From Polyangiaceae bacterium (lineage in GTDB: Bacteria; Myxococcota_A; Polyangia; Polyangiales; Polyangiaceae): DNA of 64,000 bases. Below, piece by piece: positions 1 through 10,658 of the stretch. The notes below the pieces were generated by a model that worked only from the letters and a program-made list of their open reading frames with translations, was not told the origin of the DNA and ran no database searches. Within the stretch, counting starts at the first letter, position 1. Every line of letters begins with the position of its first letter. The DNA is taken from positions 78,794 through 142,793 of the forward strand of contig JBGANF010000004.1 of assembly GCA_044222475.1 (NCBI GenBank), given 5' to 3'. The position numbers were made by a program, and so were the translations under genes.

Positions 1-1500
1 GGCGACATCAACCCGCTCCACGCCGATCCGGCGTTCGCTCAGGGCTTCGGGTTCCCGAAGCCGATCCTCCACGGGCTCTGCACCTTCGGCTTCGCCGCGC
101 GCGCGGTGATCAAGGCGTTCTCGAAGGGGGACCCGCGCTACTTCAAGAGCATCAAGGTCCGCTTCGCCGACAGCGTGTTCCCGGGCGAGACGCTCGTCAC
201 CGAGATGTGGAAAGAGGGAGAGAAGATCGTGTTCCGCACGAAGGTGAAGGAGCGCGACAAGGTCGTCCTGTCGAACGCGGCGATCGAGCTCTACAAGGAG
301 ATCCCCAAGGCGGCGGCGCCGAAGAAGGTCGCTGCCGCTGCAGCGGGAGCGGGAGCGGGAGTGGGAGCGGGAGCGGGTGAGCCGATCAGCGCCGACATCT
401 TCGTCGCGATGGGGCAGTACTTGGCGGCGAACGCCGACGCGGTGAAGAAGATCAACGTCGTGTACCAGTTCAAGCTCACCGGGCCCGACTCGGTGTGGAC
501 GGTCGACACGAAGACGGCCTCGGTCGCGAGCGGCGAGACGGCGAAGCCCGGCTGCACGCTCGAGCTCTCCAACTCGGACTTCATGGCGATGTGCACCGGC
601 AAGGCCGACCCGATGAAGCTCTTCATGGACAAGAAGCTTCGGATCTCGGGCGACGTCATGGCGAGCCAGAAGCTCGAGTTCCTCAAGAAGATCGATCCCA
701 ACTTGGTACTCGACGCGGCGAAGAAGCGCGGCGGCGGTGCGGGTGCAGGCGCGGCAGCAGCAGCTCCGGCGGCCGACGCCGGCGGCGGCTCCGGCGACGT
801 GTTCCTCGGCATCCAGGACCACGTCGAGAAGAACGCGGCCGAGCTCACGAAGATCGCGGTCGTGTACCTCTTCAAGCTCACCAACCCCGACAGCCAGTGG
901 ACGGTCGACCTCAAGGCCGGCAAGGTCGCGCCGGGCGAGACCGCGAAGCCCGAGTGCACACTCGAGCTCTCCGACGCCGACTTCATCGCGATGGCGACCG
1001 GCAAGGCCGACCCGATGAAGCTCTTCATGGACAAGAAGCTTCGGATCTCGGGCAACGTCATGGCGAGCCAGAAGCTCGACTTCCTCAAGAAGATCGACCG
1101 AGCTGCAGCCGAGAAGGCGGTTGCGGCGAAGAAGGCAGCCGGCGGCGGAGCGGCCGCTCCGGCGGCGAGCGCTTCGAGCAGCAAGGAAGCGGTCGCGGGC
1201 AAGGTGTTCGCCGCGCTCGGCAAGCGCCTCGAAGGCAACAAGGCGCTCGGCAAGGAGCTCGGTGCGGTCGTCCTGTTCAAGGTCGACGGCGCGAGCTGGA
1301 CGGTCGACGGCGTCGCCGGAACCGTCAAAGAAGGGGCCGCCGGGGAGGCGACCGCCACGCTGACCATCGCCGACGCGGATCTCGCCGCCCTGGTGAAGGG
1401 CGAGGCTCCGGTGAAGTCGCTGTACCAACATGGGCAACTGCGCGTGGACGGTGACGTCCGCGTCGCGCACAAACTCGGGCTCCTCAACGGGCTCCTCTGA
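1..1500 (+). CDS. MFE-2-like (R)-specific enoyl-CoA hydratase (MaoC fold) with three C-terminal SCP2 domains, 5'-truncated
   Basis: Frame 1 is open from base 1: [10 protein letters not shown]...ILHGLCTFG hydratase-2 motif; three SCP2-like segments ([15 protein letters not shown] twice, [12 protein letters not shown]) joined by Ala/Gly linkers. Confidence 0.85.
   Translation, partial: GDINPLHADPAFAQGFGFPKPILHGLCTFGFAARAVIKAFSKGDPRYFKSIKVRFADSVFPGETLVTEMWKEGEKIVFRTKVKERDKVVLSNAAIELYKEIPKAAAPKKVAAAAAGAGAGVGAGAGEPISADIFVAMGQYLAANADAVKKINVVYQFKLTGPDSVWTVDTKTASVASGETAKPGCTLELSNSDFMAMCTGKADPMKLFMDKKLRISGDVMASQKLEFLKKIDPNLVLDAAKKRGGGAGAGAAAAAPAADAGGGSGDVFLGIQDHVEKNAAELTKIAVVYLFKLTNPDSQWTVDLKAGKVAPGETAKPECTLELSDADFIAMATGKADPMKLFMDKKLRISGNVMASQKLDFLKKIDRAAAEKAVAAKKAAGGGAAAPAASASSSKEAVAGKVFAALGKRLEGNKALGKELGAVVLFKVDGASWTVDGVAGTVKEGAAGEATATLTIADADLAALVKGEAPVKSLYQHGQLRVDGDVRVAHKLGLLNGLL
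595..1097 (+). repeat. Intragenic direct repeat between SCP2 domains 1 and 2 (595-695 vs 997-1097)
   Basis: 57 nt identical (595-651 = 997-1053), extending to about 101 nt with 2 mismatches; offset 402 nt, in frame. Confidence 0.9.
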
Positions 1501-1526
1501 TCACATCCACGGCAGGAGATAAACAC

Positions 1527-2705
1527 ATGGGTCGCAAGGTCAACGTTCTCGGCGTGGGGATGATCAAGTTCGCGAAGCCAGGCGCGAGCGAGGACTACAA
1601 CGTCATGGCAGCGAAGGCGGCGCGCGCCGCCCTCGAAGACGCGAAGGTGAAGTACGAAGAGGTGGAGCAGGCGTACGCCGGCTACGTCTACGGCGACAGC
1701 ACCTGCGGGCAGCGCGCCGTCTATGACGTCGGGCTCACCGGCATCCCGGTGTTCAACGTGAACAACAACTGCTCCACCGGCTCGACCGCGCTGTACCTCG
1801 CGCGTCAGGCGGTCGAAGGCGGGCTCGCCGAGTGCGTCCTCGTCGTCGGCTTCGAGCAGATGGAGAAGGGCGCGCTCGCGTCGAAGTACACCGACCGCAC
1901 CAACCCGCTCGACCAGCACGTCGGCGTCATGAGCAAGGAGCAGGGCTTCAACGACGCCCCGCCGGCCGCTCAGATGTTCGGCGGCGCCGGCCGCGAGTAC
2001 CGCTGGCGCTACGGCACCAAGAAGGAGACCTTCGGCAAGGTCAGCGAGAAGGCGCGCAAGCACGCGGCGAAGAACCCGTTCGCGATCTTCAACGAGCCAC
2101 TCACCCTCGACGACATCATGAAGTCGCCGGAGGTGTTCGATCCCCTCACCCGCTATCAGTGCTGCCCGCCCACGTGCGGCGCCGCCGCGGCGATCCTCTG
2201 CAGCGACGATTTCGCCCGGAAGAAGGGCGTCGCCAAGCCCGTCTACATCGCGGCCCAATCGATGACGACCGACTACGGCTCGAGCTTCGGCGACAGCATG
2301 ATCAAGATGGTCGGCTACGACATGACGGCGAACGGCGCGAAGCAGGTCTACGAGAAGGCGGGCCTCGGCCCGAACGACGTCCAGGTCGTCGAGCTCCACG
2401 ACTGCTTCACCGCGAACGAGATCCTCACCTACGAGGCGCTCGGGCTGTGCAAGGAAGGCGAAGCCGAGAAGTTCATCTGGGAAGGCCAGAACACGTACGG
2501 CGGCAAGTACGTCACGAACCCAAGCGGCGGGTTGCTCTCGAAGGGCCACCCCCTCGGCGCGACCGGCCTCGCTCAGTGCACCGAGCTCGTGTGGCAGCTC
2601 CGCGGCCAAGCCGACAAGCGCCAGGTCGACGGCGCGAAGGTCGCGCTCCAGCACAACCTGGGGCTCGGCGGTGCGTGCGTCATCACGATGTATCGCAAGG
2701 ACTGA
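1527..2705 (+). CDS. SCPx-type thiolase (lipid-transfer protein)
   Basis: [25 protein letters not shown] and HNLGLGG motifs; AGGAG SD. Confidence 0.92.
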   Translation: MGRKVNVLGVGMIKFAKPGASEDYNVMAAKAARAALEDAKVKYEEVEQAYAGYVYGDSTCGQRAVYDVGLTGIPVFNVNNNCSTGSTALYLARQAVEGGLAECVLVVGFEQMEKGALASKYTDRTNPLDQHVGVMSKEQGFNDAPPAAQMFGGAGREYRWRYGTKKETFGKVSEKARKHAAKNPFAIFNEPLTLDDIMKSPEVFDPLTRYQCCPPTCGAAAAILCSDDFARKKGVAKPVYIAAQSMTTDYGSSFGDSMIKMVGYDMTANGAKQVYEKAGLGPNDVQVVELHDCFTANEILTYEALGLCKEGEAEKFIWEGQNTYGGKYVTNPSGGLLSKGHPLGATGLAQCTELVWQLRGQADKRQVDGAKVALQHNLGLGGACVITMYRKD

Positions 2706-2728
2706 CGAGTCGCGCTAAAGACGGTGCG

Positions 2729-3475
2729 TTGACTCGCACCGTCGCCGACTACCTTCGCGAAGGCCCGTTCACCCTCGTCCTCTCGGCGGGGTTCTTCGGG
2801 TTCTACGCACACGCCGGCGCTCTGGCGGCGATCGTCGAAGCGGGCCTCGCGCCTGCCCGCGTCGCCGGCGCGAGCGCCGGTGCGCTGGTCGGCGGGCTCC
2901 ACGCGGGCGGCGTCCCACATGGGGACATCACCGAGGAGCTCCTCTCGCTTCGTCGGGAGCACTTCTGGGACCCCGCCCCCGGAGCTGGTCTGCTCCGCGG
3001 TGGGCTCTTCCGTGCTCGCGTGAAGAAGCTCCTCCGTCACGAGACGTTCGAGGACGCGCCGGTGCCGGCCGCGCTCTCCACGTGGGACGTCCGCACGCGA
3101 CGAACCGTGGTCCAACGCACCGGAGACCTCGCGACCGCCATCTGCGCCTCCTGCGCGTTTCCGGTGCTCCTCCAACCGGTGCGCATCGGCGGACGGTTGC
3201 AGCTCGACGGCGGGATCGCCGATCGCCCCGCGCACGCGTCGCTCACGCCCGGGGAGCGGGTCCTGTTCCATCACCTTCCCGAGCAGTCGCCGTGGCGATT
3301 CGGGAAGACACCCATCCCACGGCGCGTCGGGATGGTCACGGTCGCGCCTCCTGACTTGCCGAGGCTTGGTCCGTTCGCGCTCGAGGAGGGACGTCGCGCG
3401 CACGACCTCGCCCGAGATCACATGCGGCGCAGCCTCGACGACATGCTCGCAGCGCAAGTCGAGCGTCCGCGGTAA
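2729..3475 (+). CDS. Patatin-like phospholipase
   Basis: GASAG nucleophile elbow and DGG motif in the 3' part of ORF 1832..3475; TTG start picked. Confidence 0.82.
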   Translation: MTRTVADYLREGPFTLVLSAGFFGFYAHAGALAAIVEAGLAPARVAGASAGALVGGLHAGGVPHGDITEELLSLRREHFWDPAPGAGLLRGGLFRARVKKLLRHETFEDAPVPAALSTWDVRTRRTVVQRTGDLATAICASCAFPVLLQPVRIGGRLQLDGGIADRPAHASLTPGERVLFHHLPEQSPWRFGKTPIPRRVGMVTVAPPDLPRLGPFALEEGRRAHDLARDHMRRSLDDMLAAQVERPR

Positions 3476-3484
3476 GATGATGCC

Positions 3485-5401
3485 GTGACGGAGGAAGGCA
3501 TGGCCGATGGCGGGGGCGTCGTCGCTCTCGCGCGCGCGATGTCGCAGCCCGTCGTCCTCGTCCGCGGCGGAACGATCTCGTTCGCGAACGACGCCTTCGC
3601 TGCCGCGTTCAGCCTGCCGGCCGACTTCGTCGTCGGACGTCCTTTCGGAGCTCTCGTCGCCGACGAGGACCGCGCCCGAGTCGAGAGTCACCTCGTCCAC
3701 GGCGCTGGCGGGCCACTCCGCACCGCGGTCGTGAGCGCCGAAGCGGAGCGCATCCCGGTTCTCGTGTCGTGCAACGCGCTCGCGAACCGGACGAGCCTCG
3801 TCACCATCGCCATCGACGAACAGGCGCGGCGAGACGTCGTCCTTTCACGCGAGCTCCTCCGTCTGTCGGCGAGCCTCTTCGTCGCCCGATCCGCCGACGA
3901 GATCCGCGAGCTGACGATCGGCGCGCTCGCCCGAGCCGGCTTCCGCGCGAGCTTCGCCGACGAGCCTCCGAGCGACAACACCCGACATACGCTGGCGACC
4001 GACGAGCTCGCCTTCAGCGCCGACGATCGCACGACGGTGCTGCTCCCCGTCGACGAAACCGGCAACGCGCTCGTGGTGACCGCCAACGAGGCCATCACGA
4101 CGCATCAGAGCTACACGTTCACGCTGTTCTCCCGCGTCCTCCGATCGGCGTTGAACGACGTCCGCGCGGCCGAGCTCGCCCGGCGTGAGCTGGAGGACGC
4201 TCAGGGCCTCATCGAGCTCGCTCGCACCACGTCGAGCACGCTCGAGCTCGAGGCGGTCATGAGCCTCACGTGCGATGCGATGGTGCGCTTCCTCGACATG
4301 AGCAACTGCTTCTTGCTGCTGGTGGACGAGCAAGCACGCACGCTGGTCGGTGCCGCTTCGTCGATCGAGCATCGAGAGCGGTCCCTCGCGATCCGGGTCG
4401 CCATCGACGACCCCGTCAGCCTCGCGGCGCGGTGCGCGCGAGAGCTCGTGCCGATCGTCATCGAGAACGCGGAGACGGACCCGAGAGCCAGCCGATCGGT
4501 CTTCGTCCGCGAGTTCAAGGAGAAGGCCCTCGTCGTGGTGCCGATGGTGACGCGGGGCCACCTCATCGGGGTCACCATCCTCGACGACGTGCGGGCCGCC
4601 CGTGAGTTCCCGCCGAGCTGGCTCGCCCGCGCCGAGGCTGCGGTCGCACAGGTCGGCTTGGCGATCGCGAACGCGAAGCTCTACGAGTCGCTGCGCACGA
4701 GCTACGCCGAGCTCGCCCACACGCGCGCAGCGATGGTCAAACGCGAGCGGCTCGCCGCTCTCGGCGAGCTGTCGGCCATCGTCGCTCACGAAGTCCGCAA
4801 TCCGCTTGGCGTGATCTACAACGCCGTGAGCTCGCTCCGGAAGCTGGTCGGATCCAGCGCGGACGCCACCGTCCTCGTCGACATCGTCGAGGAGGAGTGC
4901 CGACGCCTCAACCAGATCGTCGGCGACCTCATCGACTTCGCGCGACCCCGTCAGCTCTCGATGCAGCCGGAGTCGCTCTCGCGCGTGATCCAGGAGGCCC
5001 TCGACCAAGCTGCCGCGCAGCCGGACGCGGCGTCGGTACGCTTCGTCGTCGACCTGGACGATTCACTCCCCTTGATCGCCATGGATCGGCGTCTGCTCCG
5101 TCAGGCCCTGACGAACATCGCGCTGAACGGCGTGCAGTCGATGCCCCGAGGAGGGACGCTCCGCGTGAAAGCTCGCGTGGGAGAGGGCGCCGCCGTCGTC
5201 GACGTGGCCGACAACGGCATCGGCATCGCGGAGGACGTCCTCCCGCGCATCTTCGAGCCGTTCTTCACGACGAAGGCAAAGGGCTCGGGGCTCGGGCTCG
5301 CGGTGGTCAAGCGCATCGTCGAAGATCACGGCGGGCTGATCAGCGTTCGCTCGGTCCTGGGCGAAGGCACGGCTTTCTGCGTGCGACTCCCGATTCCTTG
5401 A
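3485..5401 (+). CDS. PAS/GAF sensor histidine kinase
   Basis: AHEVRNPL H-box, N-box, DNGIG, FEPFFTTK, GSGLGL; GAF upstream. Confidence 0.9.
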   Translation: MTEEGMADGGGVVALARAMSQPVVLVRGGTISFANDAFAAAFSLPADFVVGRPFGALVADEDRARVESHLVHGAGGPLRTAVVSAEAERIPVLVSCNALANRTSLVTIAIDEQARRDVVLSRELLRLSASLFVARSADEIRELTIGALARAGFRASFADEPPSDNTRHTLATDELAFSADDRTTVLLPVDETGNALVVTANEAITTHQSYTFTLFSRVLRSALNDVRAAELARRELEDAQGLIELARTTSSTLELEAVMSLTCDAMVRFLDMSNCFLLLVDEQARTLVGAASSIEHRERSLAIRVAIDDPVSLAARCARELVPIVIENAETDPRASRSVFVREFKEKALVVVPMVTRGHLIGVTILDDVRAAREFPPSWLARAEAAVAQVGLAIANAKLYESLRTSYAELAHTRAAMVKRERLAALGELSAIVAHEVRNPLGVIYNAVSSLRKLVGSSADATVLVDIVEEECRRLNQIVGDLIDFARPRQLSMQPESLSRVIQEALDQAAAQPDAASVRFVVDLDDSLPLIAMDRRLLRQALTNIALNGVQSMPRGGTLRVKARVGEGAAVVDVADNGIGIAEDVLPRIFEPFFTTKAKGSGLGLAVVKRIVEDHGGLISVRSVLGEGTAFCVRLPIP

Positions 5402-5435
5402 CGTCCCTGCTAAGGTGCTTCGCTCGCGACCCATC

Positions 5436-7367
5436 ATGACCAAGCCGAAGTCGAGCGCACTGTCCTTCCTGACTCCGGGGAAGGCGTTCGCGGCGAAGGA
5501 GAAGCCGCCGCCCGAGCCGGCGTTCTACCGACGGCGACGGCGACGCGCGAACGAGCTCTGTCAGATCCTGCTCCGCAACGGCGACGTCACGGCCGACGCC
5601 GTTCGCGCCGGCCTCCGAAGACAAGAGGAGCAAGGCGGGCAGATCGGCCAGATCCTCGTTCGGATGGGGGCGACGTCCAACCAGGCCCTCGCCCGTGCGC
5701 TGCTCGAGCAGTTCCGCACCGCGCGCACCGAGGCGACGAGAAAACCCTCGCTCGACGCGCGCGAAGGGCCCGTCGCCGGTCTCAAGGTCGAGTGCAGCCC
5801 GCTGCGCACGGTCTCGTGCCTCGTCCTCGCGGACCTCTTCTCGCTCGGTCTGTCCGCGTCGCTCGGCTTGGCTCTCGTCTACCTCAACACCAACCAGGTG
5901 TTTCTCCAGGACGTGGTGCGCGTCGTCCCGGTCGTCGTGCTGACGATGATGGCGTTCGCCGCGCTCCGCCTCTACTCGTCGCAACCGCACGCACCGTCGG
6001 AGAAGCTCCGCAACACGACGCTCTCGATCTCGCTCGTCGTCGCCGGAGTCGGCGCGATGGCGATCATCGGGAAGCGCGCGACCCACGTGTGGACCCCGTG
6101 GTCGCTTCTCTTGGTGTGGGCGTTCGCGATCTTCGTCGTACCGATCGTGCGCGCGCGGGTACGAGCCCAGTTTGCCCGCCGGCCGTGGTGGGGTCACCCC
6201 GTCGTCGTCCTCGGCGCGGGCAAGACCGGACGACTGCTCGTTCGCACCCTCCGTCGCCACCCCGAGTTCGGCTTGAAGCCCGTCTGTCTCCTCGACGACG
6301 ACCCCCGCAAGCAGGGCACGCTGCGCGCCACGTTCGACGAGGACGTGGAAGATCTCAAGCTGCAGTCCCTGCCCAAGGTGCCACTGGCCACCTCCGAGAT
6401 CGACGACGTCGATCTCGACGGACCTCCGCCGGCCGCCGAATCGCCGGCCGAGGACGAGCTCCCTGGGGTCGTGCTTCCGAAGGCACGCGGCATGTTCTCC
6501 GAGGTCGAAGGCGTGCCGATCCTCGGCGCGCTCGACCTCGCGCCCCTGCTCGCGCGCCGGTTGAACATCCCCTACGCGATCGTCGCGATGCCGGGCGTGA
6601 GCTCGCGCAAGCTCTTGCACCTCACCGAGCGCGTCGGAGGTCTCTTCTCCCACATCCTCGTCATCCCGGACCTCTTCGGATTCGCGAGCCTCGGCGTCCC
6701 CGCGAAGGACATCGGCGGCGTCCTCGGGATCGAGGTCCGACAAGAGCTGCTGCTCCCCTGGCCACGGTTCTTGAAGCGCTTGATGGACGTGTCGCTCACG
6801 GTGCTCGGCGTCCTCGCGATCTCGCCGATCCTGATCACGCTCGCGATCCTCATCAAGCTCGACTCGCGCGGCCCCGTCGTCTACTGGCAGGAGCGCCTCG
6901 GGCGCGACGGCTCACGCTTTCGCGCCGCGAAGTTCCGCACGATGTACGGAGACGGCGAGCAGCGCCTCAAGGCCGTCCTCGAGAGCGACCCCAAGCTGAA
7001 GGCGGAGTACGAGGAGTTTCACAAGCTCTCCTTCGACCCTCGCGTCACCCGCATCGGACGCGTGCTCCGCAAGTACAGCCTCGACGAGCTGCCCCAGCTC
7101 TGGAACGTGTTGCGAGGCGAGATGAGCCTGGTGGGCCCTCGGCCGTACCTCGAGCGCGAGGTCCCGGAGATGCATCAGCAGGAGACGATCATCCTGCGCG
7201 CGATGCCCGGCATGACCGGCCTCTGGCAGGTCGGCGACCGAAACGCGACCGGCTTCGCCGAGCGCCTCCGGACCGACGTGCACTACGTCCGAAACTGGTC
7301 GCCGTGGCTCGACGTCTACATCATCGCGCGCACGTTCGGGGTCGTGATTGCGGGGACGGGTTCGTGA
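5436..7367 (+). CDS. WbaP/EpsZ-like polyisoprenyl-phosphate hexose-1-phosphate transferase with N-terminal MshEN-like domain
   Basis: [49 protein letters not shown] block; GAGKTG Rossmann-like domain; start could be 5415. Confidence 0.9.
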   Translation: MTKPKSSALSFLTPGKAFAAKEKPPPEPAFYRRRRRRANELCQILLRNGDVTADAVRAGLRRQEEQGGQIGQILVRMGATSNQALARALLEQFRTARTEATRKPSLDAREGPVAGLKVECSPLRTVSCLVLADLFSLGLSASLGLALVYLNTNQVFLQDVVRVVPVVVLTMMAFAALRLYSSQPHAPSEKLRNTTLSISLVVAGVGAMAIIGKRATHVWTPWSLLLVWAFAIFVVPIVRARVRAQFARRPWWGHPVVVLGAGKTGRLLVRTLRRHPEFGLKPVCLLDDDPRKQGTLRATFDEDVEDLKLQSLPKVPLATSEIDDVDLDGPPPAAESPAEDELPGVVLPKARGMFSEVEGVPILGALDLAPLLARRLNIPYAIVAMPGVSSRKLLHLTERVGGLFSHILVIPDLFGFASLGVPAKDIGGVLGIEVRQELLLPWPRFLKRLMDVSLTVLGVLAISPILITLAILIKLDSRGPVVYWQERLGRDGSRFRAAKFRTMYGDGEQRLKAVLESDPKLKAEYEEFHKLSFDPRVTRIGRVLRKYSLDELPQLWNVLRGEMSLVGPRPYLEREVPEMHQQETIILRAMPGMTGLWQVGDRNATGFAERLRTDVHYVRNWSPWLDVYIIARTFGVVIAGTGS

Positions 7368-7397
7368 CCACCCGAAGTTGAGGTAGGCTGCGGCGCG

Positions 7398-8000
7398 ATG
7401 CGTGCTCGAACGGCAATCCTCGGCTTCCTCCTCGTCGTGCTCGTCGGCTGCGCGCCTTCCGGGGCCTGGGTATGGGTCAAAGACGCGCCCGCGACCCCCA
7501 CGCAGGAGGGCGAAGGCTATCGAATGACGACCGGCGACACGGTCAGCGTCCGGGTCTTCGGTCAAGACAACCTCTCGACCAGGGCGCGCATTCGCCCGGA
7601 CGGGATGATCGCGGTCCCGATCGTCGGTGACGTGCTCTTCCGCAACCGCCGTCCCGGTGACGTCGCGGCCGAGCTCGAAGCACAGCTCAAGGCCTACGTG
7701 GTCACCCCTCACGTCACGATCACGATCGAGGAGTCGCAGCCGTTCACCGTCACGGTCGTCGGAGAGGTCGCGCACCCGGCCACGGTGGTCGTGAACCCCA
7801 ACAGCGGCGTGCTCCAAGCGCTCGCCGCAGCCGGCGGGTTCACCGACTACGCCGATCGCGATCGCATCTTCGTCGTTCGCAAACAGGACGGCGGAAAAGC
7901 CCCGTTGCGGGTTCGCTTCTCGTACTCGGACCTCGCCCAAGCCGAGCCCCATGCCGTGGGCTTCGTCCTCTCGCCGGGCGACGTCGTCGTCGTCGACTGA
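7398..8000 (+). CDS. Short OPX/Wza-family polysaccharide export lipoprotein (EpsY-like)
   Basis: Lipobox LVGC; GDTVSVRV..IRPDGMIAVP PES motif; SLBB (GEV..ALAAAGG); lacks C-terminal Wza helix. Confidence 0.88.
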   Translation: MRARTAILGFLLVVLVGCAPSGAWVWVKDAPATPTQEGEGYRMTTGDTVSVRVFGQDNLSTRARIRPDGMIAVPIVGDVLFRNRRPGDVAAELEAQLKAYVVTPHVTITIEESQPFTVTVVGEVAHPATVVVNPNSGVLQALAAAGGFTDYADRDRIFVVRKQDGGKAPLRVRFSYSDLAQAEPHAVGFVLSPGDVVVVD

Positions 8001-8001
8001 C

Positions 8002-9171
8002 GTGCTCCCACTCCTCGCCACCCCGCTCGTCGGAGTCGTCGAAGTCGGCGAACGAACGGAGACGCGCGTCCGCGGGTCGAGCCTCGGAGTTCAGACCGAC
8101 GCCGAGGCAGGCTTCCGCTTTCGACTCGGCCTGCACGGGCGCCGCGTGGAGCTCGCACTGTCCGTCGCGCCGCGCGTCACCGCGTTCTCCTGGGCCGACT
8201 CCCAGCGCGCGGTGCTCGCGAGCACGCCGGGGCAGATCGCGATCGGGTACCGCGAGCGTCACTACGGGATCTTCCTCTCCGGCGACGGCAGCTATGGGCT
8301 CGAGAACTACGCGACGCTTCGCTACCCGACCGCCGCCGTTCTCCCTGGAGCGCCGCCCGGCCAACCGGTGCCGCCGCAGACGCTCCCTACCCTGCCCGGC
8401 GCGGACACCATCGCCTACGTCGGCGCGCGCGGCGCGCTCTCCGCGTACCAAGTGCCCACCGCGCGCTGGGTCGTGACCGAAGCCGCTGCGTTCGAGGCCA
8501 GCGGCGGCGCGACGACGACGTCGCGCGGGTTCGTCCCATTTCAGTACGGGCCGCGGCTCGCGCTGTCGCTCGATCATCGCGTGACCCGACAGGATCACCT
8601 CGGCGCATCGGCCGATGCGCAGGTGTCTCGCTTCTCGACCGGGGCGGACGTCGGGCTCGCGACGGTCGTCGTGCGCTATGCGCGCGACGTCGCCCGGGGG
8701 ACGACCCTCTCGATCGGCGGCGGAGCCAGCGGCGCCGCGTTCCGCACCGAGCCGAACCCCTTTCGCTTGGTCCCGTTCGGCGTGGGCGAGATCTCGGTCG
8801 CGCACCATCGAGGGTTCCTCGGACATCGCCTCGATCTCGACGGCGCCGTCCGGTTCGCGCCCACCGTCGACCGCATCGCCGCCGTCGTCGACCCGCGCAT
8901 CAGCGCCGCCATCAACGCCATCTACACGACCCGCGCCGTGATCGTGCGCGTCTCCGCGAGCTTCGCCCAGTCCGTCCTCGCCGACTCGACCGCCCGAATC
9001 ACCGCGTTCGGCACCGAGGCGACGGTCCGCGTGCCGATCACCCGAGCCGTCGGCCTGGAGGGCGGCCCGCGGCTCGCGATCCAGTCGTTTCAGGGCGCGA
9101 TCTTCAATAGCTTCGCGTTCTTCTTGGCGCTGGATCTACACCCCGACATGCTACATTTTCGCACACCATGA
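8002..9171 (+). CDS. Putative outer-membrane beta-barrel (EpsX-like)
   Basis: Alternating hydrophobic strands; lies between short OPX and PCP as in M. xanthus epsZYX(W)V; GTG start picked. Confidence 0.6.
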   Translation: MLPLLATPLVGVVEVGERTETRVRGSSLGVQTDAEAGFRFRLGLHGRRVELALSVAPRVTAFSWADSQRAVLASTPGQIAIGYRERHYGIFLSGDGSYGLENYATLRYPTAAVLPGAPPGQPVPPQTLPTLPGADTIAYVGARGALSAYQVPTARWVVTEAAAFEASGGATTTSRGFVPFQYGPRLALSLDHRVTRQDHLGASADAQVSRFSTGADVGLATVVVRYARDVARGTTLSIGGGASGAAFRTEPNPFRLVPFGVGEISVAHHRGFLGHRLDLDGAVRFAPTVDRIAAVVDPRISAAINAIYTTRAVIVRVSASFAQSVLADSTARITAFGTEATVRVPITRAVGLEGGPRLAIQSFQGAIFNSFAFFLALDLHPDMLHFRTP

Positions 9172-10658
9172 CCTCTGACGACCCGGAGGAGCACGACGAG
9201 GAAGAAGGTACGAGCCCACTCGAGTGGGCTCGCTTCGCCGGTCGTGCCGCCAAACGGCGCCAGCGCCTGTCGCTCGGCATCGGGCTGGTGGGGGTGGTCC
9301 TCACCATCGCCTCCGTGGTGCTCTGGCCGCGCAGCTTCACGACGGACACGAAGATCACGGTCGAGCGCAACGTGGTGATGCCGGCCATCGCCGACCCGCA
9401 CCGCTCGATCCCGGTCGACTACGACGCCCCCACCAAGGGCGCCCAAGACACCATCTTCGCGCGCGAAAACCTCGAGAAGCTCGTCCGCGAGACCAACCTG
9501 GTGGCGCGCTGGCAGGAGAATCGGCCGCCGATCCTCCGCGCGAAGGACGCCGTGATGGGCATCGTCCGCGCGCCCATGTCCGATGGGGATCGCGAGCGAG
9601 CGCTCGTCGCGATCCTCGAGAAGCAGCTCCACGTGACCGTCGAGCCGAACTCCGTCGCCATCAGCGTCGACTGGTCCGACGCGCAGACCGCATACGACAT
9701 CGCGTCGGCCGTCGAGAAGAGCTTCCTCGACTCGCGCCGCGCGGTCGAGGTGAACGTCATCTCCGAGGCGATCGGGATCCTGGAGCAGCACGCCAACGAC
9801 GAGCGCGACAACGTCGCGAACGCCCTCGCCGAGATGCAGCGCCTCAACGATCTCCACGCCGCCGCTGCGCCGCCGCCCGGCACGAACGGAGCGCCACCGC
9901 GAGCTGTCGTCCCCGTTCCCGCCGGCACCGTTCGCGTCACGCCGCCGGCCGCAGCGAGCGGAAACGACGACCTCCTTCGTCAGCTCGAGGCGAAGCGAAA
10001 GGCCATCAAGGACATCGAAGACGGGAGAGCTCGCAAGCTCAGCGAGCTCAACGCGCAGCTCGCGGATCTCCGCGCGACGTTGGCCCCCGCCCACCCGCAG
10101 GTCATCGAGCTCGAGCGCAAGCTCGACGCCGCGCGCGAAGAGCCGCAAGAGCTCGTCACGCTGCGCAACGAAGAGCGCGACCTCCTCAGCAAGATCGCCG
10201 CCGCGAACGAGGTCCGCGGCACCGTCCCGCCAGCACCGACCGTGACCGCGCCGCCAATCGCGACCGCGCCAGCCGTCGTCGCCCCGGTCGAGCCCCAGCC
10301 CGGCAAGCAGGTCCCCGACGCCGACGATCTCCTCCTCGACGTGCAGCGGCAGAAGCTCCAAGCCGCGAACGTGAAGTACCGCGACCTCATGGACCGCATC
10401 GACTCGGCCCGCATCGAGCTCGAGACGGCCCGCGCAGCGTTCAAGTACCGGTACACCGTCGTGCTCGCACCGGAGGTTCCGAAGGCGCCGAAGAAGCCGA
10501 ACGTCCCGCTCGTCCTCGCGATCGGGCTGCTCGCTTCGCTCCTCTTGGCGTTCGCCATCCCGCTCGGGGCCGACCTCGCGACCGGCCGCGTCGTCGAGGC
10601 GTGGCAAGCCGAGAAGAAGCTCAAGCTGCCTGTCCTCGGTGAGGTCACGCGGGTATGA
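9168..10658 (+). CDS. Polysaccharide co-polymerase (Wzc/EpsV-like, no fused kinase)
   Basis: Two TMs flanking coiled coil; HPQVIEL; PEVPKAPKKP before TM2. Confidence 0.85.
   Translation: MTSDDPEEHDEEEGTSPLEWARFAGRAAKRRQRLSLGIGLVGVVLTIASVVLWPRSFTTDTKITVERNVVMPAIADPHRSIPVDYDAPTKGAQDTIFARENLEKLVRETNLVARWQENRPPILRAKDAVMGIVRAPMSDGDRERALVAILEKQLHVTVEPNSVAISVDWSDAQTAYDIASAVEKSFLDSRRAVEVNVISEAIGILEQHANDERDNVANALAEMQRLNDLHAAAAPPPGTNGAPPRAVVPVPAGTVRVTPPAAASGNDDLLRQLEAKRKAIKDIEDGRARKLSELNAQLADLRATLAPAHPQVIELERKLDAAREEPQELVTLRNEERDLLSKIAAANEVRGTVPPAPTVTAPPIATAPAVVAPVEPQPGKQVPDADDLLLDVQRQKLQAANVKYRDLMDRIDSARIELETARAAFKYRYTVVLAPEVPKAPKKPNVPLVLAIGLLASLLLAFAIPLGADLATGRVVEAWQAEKKLKLPVLGEVTRV

Noticed and set aside
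342..378. gcggga hexamer run
   Set aside because: Encodes an in-frame Ala-Gly linker; imperfect, and unit changes would not shift frame
291..2654. Long antisense and alternate-frame ORFs here and throughout (for example 12346..14451, 16011..18284, 51431..53899, 61693..63915)
   Set aside because: Shadow ORFs expected from stop-poor high-GC codon usage; Arg/Pro-rich or mirror translations with no motifs, overlapping well-supported genes
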